A stretch of DNA of 64,000 bases from Promethearchaeota archaeon (GTDB lineage: Archaea; Asgardarchaeota; Lokiarchaeia; Sigyniarchaeales; SOKP01), in NCBI GenBank assembly GCA_019058445.1, contig JAHPZA010000006.1, positions 352,001-416,000 on the forward strand, given 5' to 3'. A program made the position numbers and the translations under genes. The notes beneath the pieces were generated by a model. It was given only the letters and a program-made list of their open reading frames with translations, was not told the DNA's origin and searched no databases. This document shows, piece after piece, positions 49,646 to 60,199 of this stretch. The stretch's first letter is position 1. Every line of letters starts with the position of its first letter.

Positions 49646-50458
49646 TTAATCTAATTTAGGTTGTCTTTCATCCAGAATTATAACCGCATCTATAAATAGC
49701 TCATAATTCTCATCTTCATCAAAATCATGGATGACAACTTTCTCCACTTCGTCAGTTTCACCCTTTATTTCCAAGAGCTCTGATTGTTGAATGATTTTCA
49801 CATCTGAGTGCTTCAATTTGCTTCTTAGTTCAGTATTCCCCGGTATTTCTTTCGCTGAAGTAACTACTATCACTCGACCTGTATATTCTGTTAAATTAAG
49901 TGCAAGTTCTAAAGACTCATCTCCGGAGTCTAAGATTAAAACTCTCTTGTTTTTAAATTCAGTTAAATCTTGAGCTTCTTTATATACTCCTTTTCCTAAG
50001 AATTCATCAACGCCAAGAATAACTTTTATATCTATTTGACAGGATGTCATGACCTCAACCTCAGGCTTAGTTCCATCTCGATAATTTCTAATGGCCGCCT
50101 GTAAAGCATCTGCAGCCAAATTGGAGCAATGCATTTTAATCGGAGGTAATCCATCAAGTTCATCTGCGACATCTTGCCTCGTGATTTTATATGCATCATC
50201 AAGTGTTTTACCTTTTGCCATTTCTGTAACCATTGATGATGTAGACACTGCTGAACCACATCCGAACGTTCTAAATTTAATATCATCTATGATATCCTCT
50301 CCTTTGTCATTCTTCCCCACTTTTATGAACATTTCCATAAGATCACCGCATACAGGATTTCCGACTTTCCCATATCCATCAGGGTCTTCTATTACTCCTA
50401 CATTTCTAGGATTTCGAAAATGATCTAATACTTTTTCTGAATAATTTGTTGATTTCAT
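49646..50458 (-). CDS. iscU: IscU/NifU Fe-S scaffold fused to a degenerate thioredoxin-reductase NADPH-domain-like module
   Basis: YSEKVLDHFRNPRNVG, GNPVCGD, FGCGSA, LPPIKMHCSNLA; C-terminal GVDEFLGKGV...FKNKRVLILDSGDESLELAL. Confidence 0.88.
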   Translation of the reverse strand: MKSTNYSEKVLDHFRNPRNVGVIEDPDGYGKVGNPVCGDLMEMFIKVGKNDKGEDIIDDIKFRTFGCGSAVSTSSMVTEMAKGKTLDDAYKITRQDVADELDGLPPIKMHCSNLAADALQAAIRNYRDGTKPEVEVMTSCQIDIKVILGVDEFLGKGVYKEAQDLTEFKNKRVLILDSGDESLELALNLTEYTGRVIVVTSAKEIPGNTELRSKLKHSDVKIIQQSELLEIKGETDEVEKVVIHDFDEDENYELFIDAVIILDERQPKLD

Positions 50459-51652
50459 TTAACTATCCACCTCTTTATATTGTTTTAATAAATCAGGAGG
50501 CGTTAATGGTGATAAAATCCTTAACCTTTTAACTATTCCAGGTAATACTTCTATAATTTTATCTATATCCGCCTCTTTCGTAAATCTTCCTAAAGATAAT
50601 AATAAACTACCATGAGCTTCTTCATGCAATAAGCCCATAGCTATTAATGTATGTGAGGGTTCTAATGTTTTTGAACTACAAGCAGATCCAGTTGCTGCTG
50701 CAATTTTTTCGTCTTTTAAACCAAGAATTAAAGACTCTCCCTCAATGTAATCAAAACGAAAGTGGGCATTAATAGGAAGCCTTTTTTCAGGATGGCCATT
50801 TAAATGTGATTTTGGGATTGTGTCTAAGACACTTTTTATAACTTTATCTCTTAATTTCCTAAGACGTTCCGCTTCGGTAGTCATTTCTTCTTTCATGATT
50901 TCTGCTGCCTTTGCAAAACCCACTATTCCAGGTATATTTTCTGAGCCTGATCTCATCCCTCGCTCTTGTCCACCACCAATTATAACTGGATTTACTCGAA
51001 CACCTTTTTTCAAGTAAAGAGCCCCTACTCCTCTCGGTCCGTAAATATCGTTTGATGATAAAGTAATTAAATCTATAGGTACTTTTTGCACATCTATAGG
51101 TATGGTACTTTCGCTTGCAACTGCATCGGTATGAAACAAAATCTTTTTCTTAGATGCTATTTCACTTATTTCATTTATTGGTTGAAGGGAACCAACTTCA
51201 TTACTCGCAGTTGCAACAGAAATTAGAATGGTATTATCAGAAATCAAACGCTCAAGCTTATCCAACCGAATAATTCCATATTGATCAACAGGAACTCTGC
51301 TTACTTTAAAGCCTTGTCTTTCTAGATATTTTCCAAGATTTAAAATTGAGATGTGTTCAATTTCAGATATGATAACATGATCTCCTTTCTTTTGACGATT
51401 AAGTGCGGCACCAATTAAGGCTAAATTATTAGATTCTGTGGCGCTTGATGTAAAAATAATATCAGAAGGATTTGGAGCATTAATAAATTTAGCAACATTT
51501 TCACGAGATTGTTCTAATATATCTGTAGCTACATCTCCGTCACAATGTAAAGAAGAGGGATTTGCGAATTTTTCTTTAAAATAAGGAACCATTTCTGTCA
51601 ATACACGCTCATCTACTGGTCGTGCGGCTTGATAATCTAAGTATATACTCAT
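50459..51652 (-). CDS. iscS: Cysteine desulfurase IscS/NifS
   Basis: IYLDYQA, ANPSSLH, FTSSATESNN, IEH, HTDAV, RSGSEN, TGSACSS. The PLP-lysine motif reads SSNDIYGPRG rather than SGHKIYGPKG. Confidence 0.85.
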   Translation of the reverse strand: MSIYLDYQAARPVDERVLTEMVPYFKEKFANPSSLHCDGDVATDILEQSRENVAKFINAPNPSDIIFTSSATESNNLALIGAALNRQKKGDHVIISEIEHISILNLGKYLERQGFKVSRVPVDQYGIIRLDKLERLISDNTILISVATASNEVGSLQPINEISEIASKKKILFHTDAVASESTIPIDVQKVPIDLITLSSNDIYGPRGVGALYLKKGVRVNPVIIGGGQERGMRSGSENIPGIVGFAKAAEIMKEEMTTEAERLRKLRDKVIKSVLDTIPKSHLNGHPEKRLPINAHFRFDYIEGESLILGLKDEKIAAATGSACSSKTLEPSHTLIAMGLLHEEAHGSLLLSLGRFTKEADIDKIIEVLPGIVKRLRILSPLTPPDLLKQYKEVDS

Positions 51653-51731
51653 AACATTATTCCTCCATAAGTTTTATCTTGTTTTTTTATTTTTATTAAT
51701 TCATATATTAAAAGTATAAAAAAATTTAAAA

Positions 51732-52097
51732 TTAAAACCACTGTGTAGCATCAGCTTCAAGAACCAAATCGTTTAATGTCGCGGCACCTACAATTTTTAC
51801 TCCCGGAATTAATTCCACCTTTTCCCATCCTAACATTCGTTTTGAAGCTTCACATACTAAAATTTCTATGCCCATTTCCAATGTTTTATCTAGCATTTCT
51901 TTTACGCTTGGAAAATCTCCGATTTTTATTTGTTCCGCTTCTCCAGGTTTTAGTATTTTTAATGCTGTTCCTAAATAGTACACTTTTGCTCCAAGGTCCA
52001 TAGCTTTTGCTGTCTGGGCTAATATTAAGGGAGAATATTGCCTCTCAGGAGCATCGCTTGTCTGTACATATAAAATCCATTTTTTATCTTCACTCAT
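51732..52097 (-). CDS. DsrE/DsrF-like sulfur-transfer protein
   Basis: LILAQTAKAMD, ILVCEAS, GVKIVGAATL. Confidence 0.8.
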   Translation of the reverse strand: MSEDKKWILYVQTSDAPERQYSPLILAQTAKAMDLGAKVYYLGTALKILKPGEAEQIKIGDFPSVKEMLDKTLEMGIEILVCEASKRMLGWEKVELIPGVKIVGAATLNDLVLEADATQWF

Positions 52098-52113
52098 TTT
52101 CTCTTATCCCATC

Positions 52114-52374
52114 TTATTTTTTTTTCCTAAATATAAATGTTAAAATGCCATCTTCATTGGTAAAATCTAAGATTTCTGTTTCGGTACGTTTTGCCCATCT
52201 CTGTAAATCCTCTTCAGCAGCAGGATCATCGGCTACCACCCTAAAACATTGACCAACTTCAACAGATTCAGATAAATTGCGTACTTCAAACAAGGGTTCA
52301 GGACAAAATAATCCAGTAGTGTCTAATTCCTCTATAATTTCAATATCTTCTTTATCGTTCATTTTAATACCCAT
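52114..52374 (-). CDS. tusA: TusA-family sulfur carrier
   Basis: LDTTGLFCPEP, VADDPAAEEDL. Confidence 0.88.
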   Translation of the reverse strand: MGIKMNDKEDIEIIEELDTTGLFCPEPLFEVRNLSESVEVGQCFRVVADDPAAEEDLQRWAKRTETEILDFTNEDGILTFIFRKKK

Positions 52375-52882
52375 ATTTTATTTTTTTAATTTTAAATTTG
52401 AATTGATCTCTATGATTAATGAGTACAAGTAAAAACAAAAATATTCTCATTATAAATTAGTGAAATTACAAGGCACTCTTAAAAATACGATTAATCCCTT
52501 TCTAAAAGAACCTTATAAATTATAAGTTCTTTAAAAAGGAATCCCTTTCTGAAAAAAGGATGAAGCTTAAAAAAAGATCAAAAAATTTATGAAATAATTG
52601 GAAACTTGGAAAAAAAAGAATGAGAGAATCGAGAAAAGCAATCCAAAACACAAGCGTTTCGGACATGGGATAAAATTTAGTTACCATTTAATTAGGAAAT
52701 TAGGGGATATTATGTATGTTTTCTCGAGTTCCCTCTATCTTCATAAGGAAAATCTAATATATAAATGTTTTTTCCAAAAAGATACGATTAAAAGAAAAAT
52801 CTAATATGGAACTCCATTAATATGGGCAAATCTCAAGTAGTAAAAGGCTGAATTTTAAATTTTTAAAAAAATTGTATATTAT

Positions 52883-53659
52883 GTGAAACAAAAAGAAGAA
52901 GAGAAAATTTTAGAGGAAGACAAAGAAGCAGACGAAATTATTGCGTTAATGAAAGATAATATTGTAATTCAAGCAAATAACTTAGTAAAAGATTATCATA
53001 TCGGAGAGTATATTGTAAGAGCGGTTGATGGTGTTTCTCTCACAATTAGAGACGGAGAGTTTATCGTTATAAGAGGCCCCTCAGGTGCGGGAAAGACCAC
53101 ACTTCTTAATTTAATTGGTGGGCTAGATTCACCTGAGAAAGATAAAGGGACAATTTATGAGCATGGAGTTAAAATAAGTGATATGGAAGAAGAATCATTA
53201 GCTACGTTTAGACTTATTAATTCCGGATTTATTTTTCAAAATTATAATCTCATTAGTACTCTGACCGCTGAAGAAAATGTGATGTTTCCTATGAATCTTG
53301 CTGGAGTAACCTTTAAACAAGCACGAGACCTTGCCGTAAAGTTATTAAAAAGATTAGGATTGGGGCAACGTAGAGAACATTTACCTTTTCAACTTTCAGC
53401 AGGAGAGCAGCAGCGGGTGGCTATCGCTCGAGCAATGGCAAATGATCCTCCAGTGTTATTGGCTGATGAACCCACTGCGAATTTGGACAAAAAGTCTGCT
53501 GAAATTATAAGAGATCTTTTTAAAGACTTAAAAGCGTTAGGTAAAACAATAATTATAGCAACTCACGATGATTATTTAATCGAACTTGCCGATAAAATAA
53601 TCGATTTTGAAGAGGGTAAAATTATAAATGAGGAAATAATCTCAAATAAAAAACAATGA
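52883..53659 (+). CDS. ABC transporter ATP-binding protein (LolD/MacB-like)
   Basis: GPSGAGKT, FIFQNYNLI, LSAGEQQRVAIARA, LLADEPTANLD, ATHD. Confidence 0.92.
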   Translation: MKQKEEEKILEEDKEADEIIALMKDNIVIQANNLVKDYHIGEYIVRAVDGVSLTIRDGEFIVIRGPSGAGKTTLLNLIGGLDSPEKDKGTIYEHGVKISDMEEESLATFRLINSGFIFQNYNLISTLTAEENVMFPMNLAGVTFKQARDLAVKLLKRLGLGQRREHLPFQLSAGEQQRVAIARAMANDPPVLLADEPTANLDKKSAEIIRDLFKDLKALGKTIIIATHDDYLIELADKIIDFEEGKIINEEIISNKKQ

Positions 53660-53682
53660 ATAAAATATTGATATAATTAAAC

Positions 53683-55623
53683 ATGTCTTTAGATTTTGCC
53701 TTAAAGGATTTTTATCGAAAAAGAAAATCGAATTTTCCTTATGTGCTAACTATTACATTAGTCATAGCACTTGCCGAATTCTTAATTTACTTTTCAATTT
53801 CGCTAGGTGTGAATTTAATTGTTCAAAACAATGTATTCTATCAAGAGGACATTGATAACGAATATTATTTTTCAGGAGCTATAAATCTTATATATACCCG
53901 ATTTAATACCCTTATTCTTACATTAGTACTCGTGCTTGCGTTTATGATAGTGGTAGTGATAACTACTACGTTAGTGATTCATAAGAAAAGAGATATCGCG
54001 ATAATGAAAGCATTAGGTACATTGCCTGATAAACTATATGGATTTTATCTCTTAGAAGCATATCTTATTTTTTTATTTGGGTTTCTTTTAGGCTTTTTTC
54101 TGGGCTTAGCTTCCTTCGGCGTATGTGCATTAATTATGAATTTTTTAGGATTTAAACTCATATATCGAATTGATTATGTCTATACTCCCTTATTATTTTT
54201 TTCCTGTTTTATAGGAATTTTTGTGATACCTGGGTATTCTTTGCGAAAAATAGGAAATCAAAAAATAGTAAAATCATTCTCAAAGGACGTTCCTTATGAT
54301 CTCGTCGCTTCTAAAAAAATGTCCATCATAGCGAGATGGCTTTCCTCTTTTGGATTTAATATAAAAATAGCAATAATAAATACAAGTAGGAGAAAAAGTG
54401 AATTTATAAGATTTTTCCTTATCTTTTCTATAATATTCTTAATAATTTTTACGTTAGGCTTAGGTGTTTTTGTGCTAAATACATCTTCACAGGAATGGAT
54501 TAGAAAGTCTCAGGGTGAAGATATCGTAGTAATTGGGCATGAAGATGTGGTAGATGAGTATGCGAATATGTATGAAATGTTTTCTGATCCAACGATTTCT
54601 GTGGATGAGGACGATATAGATTTTACGGACTCTAAATACATGTTTAATAAGACAGAGATACTTGAAATTAAAGAAATGGATAAGGTTCATAAATATGAGT
54701 ATAGATTAATTAAGTTTTGTGATATTGAGGAATTAATTGGATATTATTACTATACGGGAGAGGAAGGAGGTGGAGGATATAGAACAGTTGGTCAAGACAG
54801 AAAAGGTAATTATCCGATTATTGGTGTTGATCCAGACGAGATTATACAAGATTTTGAAATTGAGGGAAGGTGGTTTGATGAAGACGATGCTAATGATAAT
54901 ATGACCATAGGCGATGGGCTAGCCTATGATTTTTTTGACTACCCACTTGATCAAAGCATGAAAATTAAAGATATAGGTCATAGGTTTCATATATCTGGAG
55001 TCATTATTGATAGTTTTTATAGTGGATATGCTGGATATATCGACTTACAAGAGTTTCAAGAGGGAATGAACTTTACTACTAATGAAGTTAATATAATTCT
55101 ACTAGAACTTGACAGTAATGCCTATGATGATATAAAAGAGGACTTAAAAGATCTAATCAAAGCTAAGTTAGGATCTGAATTTACCTGTAAAAATTTAGAT
55201 GAAATATTTGAACAAAATATTAATTATCTGTCGAGCTTAACGCTATATCCGATAATGTTAATAATGATAATGGCCATTATTTCAATTCTCTCTTTATACA
55301 ATTATCAAAAAGCAGGTTTAGTTGAAAAAGCAAAAGATTTCTTAATCATGAGAGCATTAGGGTCCAAAAAAAAAGCGTTAAAAAGAATTTTGTTTTTAGA
55401 ATCATTATTTGTCATAATCCCCTCTCTTTTATTGAGTTTAGCATTGGGGATGATTATTAACTCTGTTATTTTATTCGATCGTGCCTATCTGCCTCCTTTA
55501 TATTTTCCTTTTATCGGTATTGCAATATTATTTGGAGTAATGATACTGTTCAACTTGTTAAGTTTAATTCCAATTATGAAAAAAATCAATAAATTTTCGA
55601 TTAAAGACTTTGATATATATTAA
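53683..55623 (+). CDS. ABC transporter permease (FtsX/MacB-like, two FtsX domains)
   Basis: KKRDIAIMKALG and KAKDFLIMRALG FtsX motifs, extracellular domain. Confidence 0.85.
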   Translation: MSLDFALKDFYRKRKSNFPYVLTITLVIALAEFLIYFSISLGVNLIVQNNVFYQEDIDNEYYFSGAINLIYTRFNTLILTLVLVLAFMIVVVITTTLVIHKKRDIAIMKALGTLPDKLYGFYLLEAYLIFLFGFLLGFFLGLASFGVCALIMNFLGFKLIYRIDYVYTPLLFFSCFIGIFVIPGYSLRKIGNQKIVKSFSKDVPYDLVASKKMSIIARWLSSFGFNIKIAIINTSRRKSEFIRFFLIFSIIFLIIFTLGLGVFVLNTSSQEWIRKSQGEDIVVIGHEDVVDEYANMYEMFSDPTISVDEDDIDFTDSKYMFNKTEILEIKEMDKVHKYEYRLIKFCDIEELIGYYYYTGEEGGGGYRTVGQDRKGNYPIIGVDPDEIIQDFEIEGRWFDEDDANDNMTIGDGLAYDFFDYPLDQSMKIKDIGHRFHISGVIIDSFYSGYAGYIDLQEFQEGMNFTTNEVNIILLELDSNAYDDIKEDLKDLIKAKLGSEFTCKNLDEIFEQNINYLSSLTLYPIMLIMIMAIISILSLYNYQKAGLVEKAKDFLIMRALGSKKKALKRILFLESLFVIIPSLLLSLALGMIINSVILFDRAYLPPLYFPFIGIAILFGVMILFNLLSLIPIMKKINKFSIKDFDIY

Positions 55624-55726
55624 ATAGGTTAGCACTATTATTACTTAAAGCAATGAAAAAAAGTAATGAAATACTTTTCAACCTTAAGGCTTAGTTCTGA
55701 AATTATAAGTATTTCAAATAAAACTC

Positions 55727-56548
55727 TTGACAAAAAATAAGGATAAAAAATTGACTGAAGAGGATTTAAAAGCTAAAATTTTGGAATTAGAAAATGAAAT
55801 TAAAGAAAAAGATCGCGAAATTTATGACTCCTATGATAGAATTGATCAGCTAGAAGAGACTATTATGAAATTAGAATTATGTCTCGATGAAGAAGGGGAA
55901 AAAAATTCAAAGGAAAAGAAAAAAAGTATTAGAGAAACAAAATTAGAAATTGAACTTGATGAAAAGGAAAAAGAAATAAGAGATTTAAAAAATCGGATGG
56001 GAGGTTTACGAAAGGAAAAAACCCAAATTCAACGCGAGCTTGAAAAATATACGAAGGTTGATACTGGAACAGTAATAAGAATTGAAGAGAAAAAGGAGCC
56101 TTTTGAGACTTTAGTGAAAGAGCTACAAGACAAAATTAATAAACAGAATAGATTAATAAATGATTTAAAAAATCAAGTAATTTCAAGCAAAGAGTTCCAA
56201 GAAAAAATGAAACTCAAAGAAGAGAGGATTCTATCCTTAGAAAATGAAAATAAAGAGTTAAATGCATATGTGTTATCTATTAAAAACACCCAAGAAGAAA
56301 CTGAGGATAATTTACTGTATTTAATGAAAACAAAAGAAGCAGATATTGAAAAATCTGAGAATAAAATTGAAGAACAGAAGAATCAATTGAAAAATATAAA
56401 AGAAGTTTTTGGCTTTCAAAATAAAATAATTAGTGAATTAAAAAACCAAATTCAATCTCAGAAGTCTCTCTGGTCTGATTCCCAGCTTAAATCTAAACTT
56501 AAAAGGCTTGAAGAATTAAATGAAAAAATGAGTAAATATATCGTTTAA
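55727..56548 (+). CDS. Coiled-coil protein, paralogue 1
   Basis: E/K-rich heptads; N-terminal ~150 aa homologous to 56829-57767. Confidence 0.75.
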   Translation: MTKNKDKKLTEEDLKAKILELENEIKEKDREIYDSYDRIDQLEETIMKLELCLDEEGEKNSKEKKKSIRETKLEIELDEKEKEIRDLKNRMGGLRKEKTQIQRELEKYTKVDTGTVIRIEEKKEPFETLVKELQDKINKQNRLINDLKNQVISSKEFQEKMKLKEERILSLENENKELNAYVLSIKNTQEETEDNLLYLMKTKEADIEKSENKIEEQKNQLKNIKEVFGFQNKIISELKNQIQSQKSLWSDSQLKSKLKRLEELNEKMSKYIV

Positions 56549-56828
56549 AACTATTTATTAATGATACCGACTTCCGGAATAATTGAAGAATTGAGTTTAT
56601 TTTTTTAAAAAAAATATAAATTTTAGTTTAATATGATCAAAACTTTGCAAATCTCATAAAATTAGTAAATCATTCCAGAATGATTTATTAAAACTAAAAA
56701 TCAATATTAATTAAAAAGAAACCAAATTAAAAATCATTTCACTCTATTAAATAAAAACTTAAAATTTAAAAAAATGTGTTAATGTAAGTTATTAAAATAC
56801 CTCTTGCACGAAAAATTTCCAATTCAAA

Positions 56829-57767
56829 ATGACTGAAGAGAATTTAACGGCTAAAATTAAGGAATTAGAAAGACAATTAGAAACCAAAGAGCAAGAGATA
56901 CTGAATTATCTAGATAAAATCGAAGAGCTTGAAGAGACCGTTCTTAAATTAGAAACTCTTATATCGGATGAAAACGCAAAATCTTCCAAAAAAAAATGGA
57001 AAAAAGCAAAGGATTCAATTCTTGAAACTGAACTTGAAGAAAAAGAAAAAACTATACGAAACTTAAAAGATAGAATGGGGTTCTTAAGAAAAGAAAAAAT
57101 TCAGATCCAACGCAAACTTGAAAGATTTATTAAAGAAGAGAACAATACAACGTTAATTCGAATTGAAGAAAAGAAGGAGCCTTTTGAGACTTTAGTAAAG
57201 GAATTGCAAGATAAAATTAACAAACAACAGATTATAATTGCTGAATTACAGGAGAAAATTAAGATTGAAGAAATTGAGCGAATGAAAGAGACTATTAACA
57301 AATTAAACGCAGAAATAAGGAATAAAAATATCAAAATAAAAGAATTAAGTAATAAAAATTTAGGTTTAGGAATAAATCAAAAACTTATCAATGGTAAATT
57401 AGAACAAGGAGCTCCAAAAAGCTCAGTTAATTCACTAACAGAGGAATTGCAGCGAAAATTAAATAAAGCAAAAAAAGAAATTAAAGATCTTCAAAAACAA
57501 TTAGAAGATTATAAAATATGGAAAGCAGCTCCCGCTGAAAACTCTCAAGATGAAATAATCCGAGAGTTAAGAAATAAATTAGAACGAATTTCAGCTCAAG
57601 ACCATGCAATAAGTGAATTAGATAAGATTTCAAATCAAATTACACACACCTCATCTGAAGATCCTCATCTCGCGTTAATGATTAAAGAATTGAAAAACTT
57701 AATTGAAGATCTGAAAACTCAAAATATTCAACAGAGATTAGAAACCTCTAAATTGAGAAAAAAATAA
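56829..57767 (+). CDS. Coiled-coil protein, paralogue 2
   Basis: Shares IRIEEKKEPFETLVKELQDKINKQ with paralogue 1. Confidence 0.75.
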   Translation: MTEENLTAKIKELERQLETKEQEILNYLDKIEELEETVLKLETLISDENAKSSKKKWKKAKDSILETELEEKEKTIRNLKDRMGFLRKEKIQIQRKLERFIKEENNTTLIRIEEKKEPFETLVKELQDKINKQQIIIAELQEKIKIEEIERMKETINKLNAEIRNKNIKIKELSNKNLGLGINQKLINGKLEQGAPKSSVNSLTEELQRKLNKAKKEIKDLQKQLEDYKIWKAAPAENSQDEIIRELRNKLERISAQDHAISELDKISNQITHTSSEDPHLALMIKELKNLIEDLKTQNIQQRLETSKLRKK

Positions 57768-57776
57768 ATTTAATCA

Positions 57777-58760
57777 ATGTTAGAACTCATAATCCTTGGG
57801 TCAAGTGCCGCAATACCCATAGAAAAAAGAAACTTATCCTCCGTAGCATTAAGATATAAGAATCATATTATCCTATTTGATTGTGGAGAAGATCTCCAGC
57901 GCAGATTTATACAAGCAGGTTTGAAATTCAATAAACCTTTAAAAATATTAATTTCTCATTTTCATGGAGACCATATAATAGGGCTTCCAGGGTTATTATT
58001 TCGTTTTTCTTTAACTGATCGGTCCGCTCCACTTACAATCCTAGGGCCTCCCAACCTCTTTCTGTATTTATACCTTCATAGAAAAATCTTGGGATTGAAA
58101 GCAAACTATCCTATTACTATTGTTGAAATAGATCACTTTAATAATATTCTAACTGAATATGAGGGTTTAGACTCTGAGGAACCTGTTAACAAAATTGAAT
58201 TAGTAGATAACACTATCCACGAAACCAATAGGTATTATCTAAAGTATAGCTTAGTGAATCACTCTGTACTTACCTATGCCTTTGCTTTTGTGGAAAAACC
58301 TCGATATGGTAAATTTAATCCAAAAATAGCACGAGATTTAGGTATCCCTGAAAGTAGACTCTGGAAAAAACTTCAAGCAGGTGAAAGTGTTGAATTTAAT
58401 GGTAAAAATATTGATCCAGTGAAAGAAGGAATAGTTGGCCCAGAAAGACCGGGAAGAAAAATCACTTATTCAGCAGATACAGCACCATGTAAGGAATTAA
58501 TAGAATTAGGTAAAAATTCTGATATTATAATTCATGAAGCAACATTCTCAGAGCGTTTAGCTGAAACTGCTGAAGAAAAAAAACATTCGACTTCAGTCGA
58601 TGCTGCCAATGATGCTCTTAAAATGAATGCGAAACAATTAGTGTTAACCCATATTTCCTCTAGATATCAAGAAGACGCCCTTAAATTGCTTGAAGAAGCT
58701 AAAGAAATCTTTTCCAACACCATCTTAGCTGAAGATTTAATGCGAATTACTTTAAAATGA
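57777..58760 (+). CDS. rnz: Ribonuclease Z
   Basis: LGSSAAIP..RN, FDCGE, SHFHGDH, exosite arm, YSADT, HEATF, HST, THISSRY. Confidence 0.95.
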   Translation: MLELIILGSSAAIPIEKRNLSSVALRYKNHIILFDCGEDLQRRFIQAGLKFNKPLKILISHFHGDHIIGLPGLLFRFSLTDRSAPLTILGPPNLFLYLYLHRKILGLKANYPITIVEIDHFNNILTEYEGLDSEEPVNKIELVDNTIHETNRYYLKYSLVNHSVLTYAFAFVEKPRYGKFNPKIARDLGIPESRLWKKLQAGESVEFNGKNIDPVKEGIVGPERPGRKITYSADTAPCKELIELGKNSDIIIHEATFSERLAETAEEKKHSTSVDAANDALKMNAKQLVLTHISSRYQEDALKLLEEAKEIFSNTILAEDLMRITLK

Positions 58761-58882
58761 AAATGTTCTCTTAAATTTAAGAAAAAGCAAAAGTTTAACT
58801 ATTTCTAAAACATAAAAATCTTTATATAGAAATTCAATTTAATTAGTCATTTAATGACAATCTAATTAAAAAGGTGAAATGA

Positions 58883-60181
58883 ATGTCAAGTAAAGAAAAA
58901 GCATGGTATGAAGATGAAAAACTCAAAAGTTTATACGTCAAAGCACAGAGTAACGCATTTCGGGGATATACTGCTCCTGTTATATGCCCCAAAACGACAT
59001 GGATCGGTACAAATAGCCTTACTGATTTTATTAATCACCTTGGAGCGTATTTAGCTGATGATGAGAAGAGAGTGTTGATTATAGTTGACCCAGCGCTGCG
59101 AAGAATGGCAGAAAAAGTGGCTGATAAAATGAGGTCTATGAAACAAATTGATAGCAAAATTTTCGATCAAGTCTTTCCTGAGGTCCCTAGATATTCTATC
59201 AAGGATGGAGTGAAAGTATGTGAAGAATATGAGCCTAAAACTATTATCGCCATTGGAGGGGGATCTACTATGGACACCGCTAAAATGATATTTTTATTAT
59301 ACGAACAACCAAATATTAATTTTAATACAATGATGGCTCCCAGTTTTTTAGGGTTAAGAAAAAAAGTCCATCTCTTTGTCGCTATCCCCACTACCAGCGG
59401 GACGGGTTCAGAGGCGACCTTTGTTTCGGTAGTAACTGATACGAATCGTGATCCACCTAAGAAAACCTCAGTAGTGCTTTATGAACTTTGCCCCGATTTT
59501 GTTGTACTTAATCCGGATTTTGTAAAAAATATGCCACCCTGGCTCACTATGGGAACAGGAATGGATGCCTTGGCTCACTCTATGGGCACGTATATGATCA
59601 TTATGAGCTCTTTTTATAATGATATGCATAATCAAAAAGCAATTGAATTAATTTTAAAATATTTACCTAGGGCAGTTAAGAGGGGAAATGATATGGAAGC
59701 CAGAGAAAAGATGCAAATCGCTGCGTGGCTAGCTACATCAAGTATAGCTGGTATTGAACACGGTTTTGGACAATCCTTTGGGGCAATTTTTCATGTTCAT
59801 CACGGAATCTGTGTTGCACTCTTTCTATGCGCTTCAATTGCATATCAATCTAAAGTCACTAATAGATTCTATGATCTCGCAAAACTCTTTAAAATTAAAA
59901 GATCGGGAAGACAGAAGGATGAAATTTTAAGGGAATTACTCGAAAAATTGCAGGATTTCATGAAAAGCATTGAATGCCCTCTCTGCATTGAAGAACTCAA
60001 AGATCCCGCGATTTCTTACGACGAGTATATGGCAAAAATGGAGCATTTAATTGAATATTGCTTTAATGATTATTGTACTCTCTCATCAACTCGTCCTTTA
60101 AATAAGAAAAGTATTAAAAAAATCTTTGAAATCGCATATAAAAATAAAATAGATGATTTAATGGAGTTGCATTATAAATGA
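58883..60181 (+). CDS. Iron-containing alcohol dehydrogenase
   Basis: AIGGGSTMD.AK, IPTTSGTGSE, GMDALAH, HVHHG. Confidence 0.88.
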   Translation: MSSKEKAWYEDEKLKSLYVKAQSNAFRGYTAPVICPKTTWIGTNSLTDFINHLGAYLADDEKRVLIIVDPALRRMAEKVADKMRSMKQIDSKIFDQVFPEVPRYSIKDGVKVCEEYEPKTIIAIGGGSTMDTAKMIFLLYEQPNINFNTMMAPSFLGLRKKVHLFVAIPTTSGTGSEATFVSVVTDTNRDPPKKTSVVLYELCPDFVVLNPDFVKNMPPWLTMGTGMDALAHSMGTYMIIMSSFYNDMHNQKAIELILKYLPRAVKRGNDMEAREKMQIAAWLATSSIAGIEHGFGQSFGAIFHVHHGICVALFLCASIAYQSKVTNRFYDLAKLFKIKRSGRQKDEILRELLEKLQDFMKSIECPLCIEELKDPAISYDEYMAKMEHLIEYCFNDYCTLSSTRPLNKKSIKKIFEIAYKNKIDDLMELHYK

Positions 60182-60199
60182 AAACAGAAGGGATATAAA

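Noticed and set aside
52598-52804. 68-aa ORF between tusA and the ABC ATPase
   Set aside because: It lies in a divergent promoter region, with no motif or convincing ribosome-binding site.
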